DNA of 64,000 nucleotides from Legionella sp. (GTDB lineage Bacteria; Pseudomonadota; Gammaproteobacteria; Legionellales; Legionellaceae): NCBI GenBank assembly GCA_013697625.1, contig JACCWN010000133.1, positions 32,442 to 96,441 of the forward strand, read 5' to 3'. Shown piece by piece: positions 60,555 to 64,000 of this stretch (position 1 is its first letter; each line of letters starts with the position of its first letter). The notes under the pieces were generated by a model. It saw only the letters and a program-made list of their open reading frames with translations, ran no database searches and was not told where the DNA came from. The position numbers and the translations under genes were made by a program.

Positions 60555-62564
60555 TTATTTATTTTTTATTAATAATATATAAGGGGCAAGGTGCACATGG
60601 TTGGCATCTATCAATCTTGTTTTCAACCTTATCTTTTTTAAGTTAAATTCATTGAGTGAAGGGTAAACATATTGTAGAGGATTATGTATGGATTTAACAA
60701 CAGGAATGTTGTTGACGCGTAAACTTCCTATCCAAATAGGCTCTTTTGAGTCCTCAAAATAATAATCAGATTCCCATATCATGAGCTCTAAAATTATTTT
60801 TAATTTTGTGTCCTCATAGGTCATCATTAGATCTGGGTGTTTATTTTCAAATAATACATCTAACAGCGGCAATTTCACTGTTGAGGTCTGGGGATTTATT
60901 CTTTGTATAAATTTGGTGAAAAAAGACTCATTGTGAGACTTCCAATGATTTAGGCTAAGACTTTGTTCTAACTTTTCTAAGTCACCCCTGTACTGAATAT
61001 TGAGCAGACCTATGGTTTTCCCCAGCCTATTATGCAGGTATATAGGTAAGAAAGTAGTGCTTTGATTCCACCAATTAGATTCAGAGATATAATGGATTTT
61101 TCTGTAAATAGTATGACTTCTAGTCAGCGTTTTATAATGAATATAAGTAGATAATCCAGCAGAAATAAAAAAGGCTAATAAAAGTGTAAAAAATAGAATA
61201 GGGGAGGGATTTTTTTTGGTTTGTTCCGAATTGGATTTTCTAAATGTTAAACAATGTATTAAACATATAAGCACTCCTGCTGCATAACCTGCAATAACAT
61301 CACTGAACCAATGGTCTCCTAAAAAAATTGCCCCTAAACCACTTAAACCTAACACGATAAATAGTAAAGTTTGGAGCACATTGGTATAAAAATTATAATG
61401 TGTTGTAACATAAAAATATATAAAACTATAAAAGGCTGTGGCAATTGTTACATCTAGTGCTGGAAAAGATGAACCTAATTTACTCCCTAATAATCCTTGG
61501 GGTGCAGGGCTATGGATGATTAGGGAAAACACCAAAGCCACGGTAGCAGTGCAAATAATGGTCGAAATCAAATATACAAGCATTTTAAATTTTTTTTGAT
61601 ATATAAAGTAAACAATACAGATACAAAGCAAGCAAGTCATGGTGAATATACTTGTTAACTGAGTACAAGCAATAAAAAATGCTTGTAAAGAGGGTGAGTG
61701 GAAACTTCTTAATAATAAATGGATTGGTTCATTTAATCCTCTAATCCAATTCCCTTCAAGTTGTAGTGCAGTGGCCACTATAAATAGCATCATGGCAAAT
61801 AGCGATGTGATTAAGAGTATGGCAGTTGTAAAATGATTGTCTTCATTATTGGGTGTAACCAAATTAAAAAAAGTATATAGGACAGGATGTTTTTTTAAAC
61901 TTGCCCAAAATATATGTAAATTCTTTTTTAAATAAGTGGTTATTTTGAGGAATAAAAACCTCAATAATATACTTAGAAACCAGATTAAAGCCAATAAAGC
62001 CAAAATAATGATAAATAAACGAGTTGCACTTTCTGTTGAAAGTTCAGTACTGGCAGCACCGATAAGTACACCCGGCATAACATATAAAATTGACCAGCCT
62101 ATTGCAGATATAATATTGGCTATAAGAAATCGGCCTTGTTTCATATGCATTACCCCTGCAATGATAGGAGTAATGGCCCTTAAAGGTCCTATAAAACGAC
62201 CTAATAAGACACTTTTGCCACCATGTCGTGAAAAAAAATCTTTGCCATAAGCCAACCAATTTGGATGTTTTTTAAAAGGCCATACAGTATGTATTTTATC
62301 GCTATAAACATAACCCAGTGCATAACTTAGACTATCACCGCATATTGCCCCCAAAGTTGCTGCAAGAAGGGTAAGGTCGACACGTATAACACCAGATCCA
62401 GCTAATATTCCAATTGCTGTCATAGTGACTGACCCTGGAACGATAGCCCCAATGATGGCTAAGGACTCTGATAATGAGATGATAAATGTAAAAAATAAAG
62501 ACCAACCGGGGTTGAGATGCAGCCAATGAATAATTGGTTGAATATAGTCAGCGAACAAATTCAT
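60555..62564 (-). CDS. three-domain membrane protein: DedA/VTT domain, PAP2-like domain, LssY_C-like domain
   Basis: N-terminus: [13 protein letters not shown]...[16 protein letters not shown] (DedA). Middle: SSFPALDV ... [13 protein letters not shown] (PAP2 C2/C3 positions). C-terminal roughly 190 aa is soluble and resembles the LssY C-terminal family. Confidence 0.75.
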   Translation of the reverse strand: MNLFADYIQPIIHWLHLNPGWSLFFTFIISLSESLAIIGAIVPGSVTMTAIGILAGSGVIRVDLTLLAATLGAICGDSLSYALGYVYSDKIHTVWPFKKHPNWLAYGKDFFSRHGGKSVLLGRFIGPLRAITPIIAGVMHMKQGRFLIANIISAIGWSILYVMPGVLIGAASTELSTESATRLFIIILALLALIWFLSILLRFLFLKITTYLKKNLHIFWASLKKHPVLYTFFNLVTPNNEDNHFTTAILLITSLFAMMLFIVATALQLEGNWIRGLNEPIHLLLRSFHSPSLQAFFIACTQLTSIFTMTCLLCICIVYFIYQKKFKMLVYLISTIICTATVALVFSLIIHSPAPQGLLGSKLGSSFPALDVTIATAFYSFIYFYVTTHYNFYTNVLQTLLFIVLGLSGLGAIFLGDHWFSDVIAGYAAGVLICLIHCLTFRKSNSEQTKKNPSPILFFTLLLAFFISAGLSTYIHYKTLTRSHTIYRKIHYISESNWWNQSTTFLPIYLHNRLGKTIGLLNIQYRGDLEKLEQSLSLNHWKSHNESFFTKFIQRINPQTSTVKLPLLDVLFENKHPDLMMTYEDTKLKIILELMIWESDYYFEDSKEPIWIGSLRVNNIPVVKSIHNPLQYVYPSLNEFNLKKIRLKTRLIDANHVHLAPYILLIKNK

Positions 62565-63184
62565 AATGTCTCAAAGGTTTTTCCTAGTTTAAATTCAGTT
62601 AAAAATGCCTGTACAAAACATTGAATTACCTCTGGAATGCTAATATTTTTTTTAAAATCAGCCACTTGTGTCATTTTCAATTGAGAAAATCCACATGGAT
62701 TAATTCCTAAGAAAGGTGTTAAATCCATATTCACATTTAAGGCAATACCATGATATGTACGGCCATTTTTTACTCTAAGTCCAATTGACGCAATTTTTTT
62801 ACCCACAACATAAACTCCAGGTGCGCCACATTGTGTAGTTGCAGGGATGTTAAAGAAATCAAGCACCTGGATTAATGTTGATTCTAATTTACAGACCAAT
62901 GTTTTAATCCCCATCGCCTTACGATTGATGTCCATCAACACGTAGGCTACAAGTTGGCCTGGCCCATGATAAGTTACTTGACCCCCCCGGTCAGATTGGA
63001 AGACAGGTATGGCTTGAGTATTTAAAATGTGCTCGGGCTTACCTGCCTGCCCTTGGGTATACACTGGAAAATGTTCAAGGAGCCATAACTCATCTAGACT
63101 ATGCTCATCTCTATGCATGGTAAAATCCTTCATTTTTTTCCATACATCTTCATATGTCTGCATACCTAAGCAATGTATATTCAT
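62561..63184 (-). CDS. lipB: octanoyltransferase LipB
   Basis: [36 protein letters not shown] and KIASIGLRV blocks. Confidence 0.92.
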   Translation of the reverse strand: MNIHCLGMQTYEDVWKKMKDFTMHRDEHSLDELWLLEHFPVYTQGQAGKPEHILNTQAIPVFQSDRGGQVTYHGPGQLVAYVLMDINRKAMGIKTLVCKLESTLIQVLDFFNIPATTQCGAPGVYVVGKKIASIGLRVKNGRTYHGIALNVNMDLTPFLGINPCGFSQLKMTQVADFKKNISIPEVIQCFVQAFLTEFKLGKTFETL

Positions 63185-63447
63185 TATAAAACCATTTTTA
63201 TGCCAGGGATTATTGAAATCTCACTATATAAAGCGTCAAGCATGACTTGATCAATTGCCACAAGGGTCAAAGTGATAGCCAAATAATTTGAATGTTTACT
63301 ATGTTTTTGAACCAGTGCCTCTTTAGTGAATGTGGCATCATGTTTCTTTGCTATTTTTACTACTTCATCAATAAAAGCCTGAGAATTTACACCAATTATT
63401 TTTATTGGAAAATTACAGGGAAAATCAATCAAAGTAGAATTAGTCAT
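63184..63447 (-). CDS. ybeD: YbeD-family (DUF493) protein
   Basis: 87 aa, [11 protein letters not shown] motif, in the conserved position between dacA and lipB. Confidence 0.85.
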   Translation of the reverse strand: MTNSTLIDFPCNFPIKIIGVNSQAFIDEVVKIAKKHDATFTKEALVQKHSKHSNYLAITLTLVAIDQVMLDALYSEISIIPGIKMVL

Positions 63448-63455
63448 TTAAATCT

Positions 63456-64000
63456 CTAAGAACCAAACCAGTCTCTATAGGTAAGTCGCAAAGAATCTTT
63501 CATACGAGTAAAAAAACCGCCAGCTTCAACTGAGTTTAAAGCATATAAGGGACGACTTGAAATCGTATCATTGTCAAATTGAACAACCAAATCACCTACC
63601 TTGTCGCCTTTTTTGATTGGTGCCTGGATATATGAAGGAATTTTAGTTGAAACATTTAGTCGCTGATATTGACCAGTGGGTATGGTTATGAACTGATTTT
63701 CATTTAAACCAACAGCTAATTTATCTGAAGCACCTTTATATAGAGGGAGCTCAGAGATGGACTGACCAGCTTTATATAATTGATGGGTTTCAAAAAATCT
63801 AAAGCCATATGCTAAAAGTTTTTCACTATCATCTGCTCGAGAGTTATCAGTTGGTTCATTGAGAACAACTGCCAATAATCGCATATTGCTTCGTTTAGCA
63901 GAGGATACAAGACAAAAACCTGCTTCAGCCGTATGGCCGGTTTTAATACCATCTACTTGACTGTCTCTCCATAATAAACGGTTGCGATTAGGCTGACGAA
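63456..64000 (-). CDS. dacA: D-alanyl-D-alanine carboxypeptidase (PBP5/6), C-terminal part (5' end outside window)
   Basis: The frame stays open upstream of the ORF-track Met: ...RNRLLWRDSQVDGIKTGHTAEAGFCLVSSAKRSNMRLLAVVL. It contains the KTG box, followed by the PBP5 C-terminal beta domain. Confidence 0.88.
   Translation of the reverse strand, partial: RQPNRNRLLWRDSQVDGIKTGHTAEAGFCLVSSAKRSNMRLLAVVLNEPTDNSRADDSEKLLAYGFRFFETHQLYKAGQSISELPLYKGASDKLAVGLNENQFITIPTGQYQRLNVSTKIPSYIQAPIKKGDKVGDLVVQFDNDTISSRPLYALNSVEAGGFFTRMKDSLRLTYRDWFGS

Overview
AT-rich chromosomal segment with the gene content and order of a Legionella-like gammaproteobacterium (order Legionellales). The taxonomic call is an inference from three things: a split T2SS lspD-lspE pair, an Lcl-type DUF1566 gene, and eukaryote-like and effector-like ORFs. 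No database search was possible.

Most of the window is conserved housekeeping:
- deoB (partial), hslVU, a wrbA-like gene and yajC-secDF.
- An arginine succinyltransferase cluster, astA-astD-astB.
- A tRNA Pro-Arg-His-Leu cluster followed by tig-clpP-clpX-lon-hupB, tRNA Val-Asp and ppiD.
- udk, fabI, lspDE, nagZ, secB, dapD-dapE, a Cys/Met PLP enzyme, a PAS-GGDEF-EAL protein, rapA, lipB-ybeD and dacA (partial).

Short accessory patches sit between these blocks:
- Two diverged paralogous membrane proteins about 31 kb apart.
- An orphan tyrosine recombinase.
- A secreted Cys-His-Asp (transglutaminase-like) protein.
- A three-piece broken effector-like gene next to tRNA-Ser.
- A 1304-aa integrin-alpha-like FG-GAP/cadherin-like type-I membrane protein, followed by a frameshifted Lcl-like gene.
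- A RelE/HTH toxin-antitoxin pair.
- A roughly 480-bp AT-rich element bounded by about 45-bp inverted repeats and TTAA.

I saw no rRNA, CRISPR array, transposase or prophage. I found no complete multi-gene system that I could call novel. The most unusual items are the integrin-like protein locus, the paralogous membrane-protein family, the inverted-repeat element, and domain fusions on LspD, the GGDEF-EAL protein and the DedA-PAP2-LssY protein.

All coordinates were derived by hand from the sequence and the ORF track. Start codons are the least certain part.
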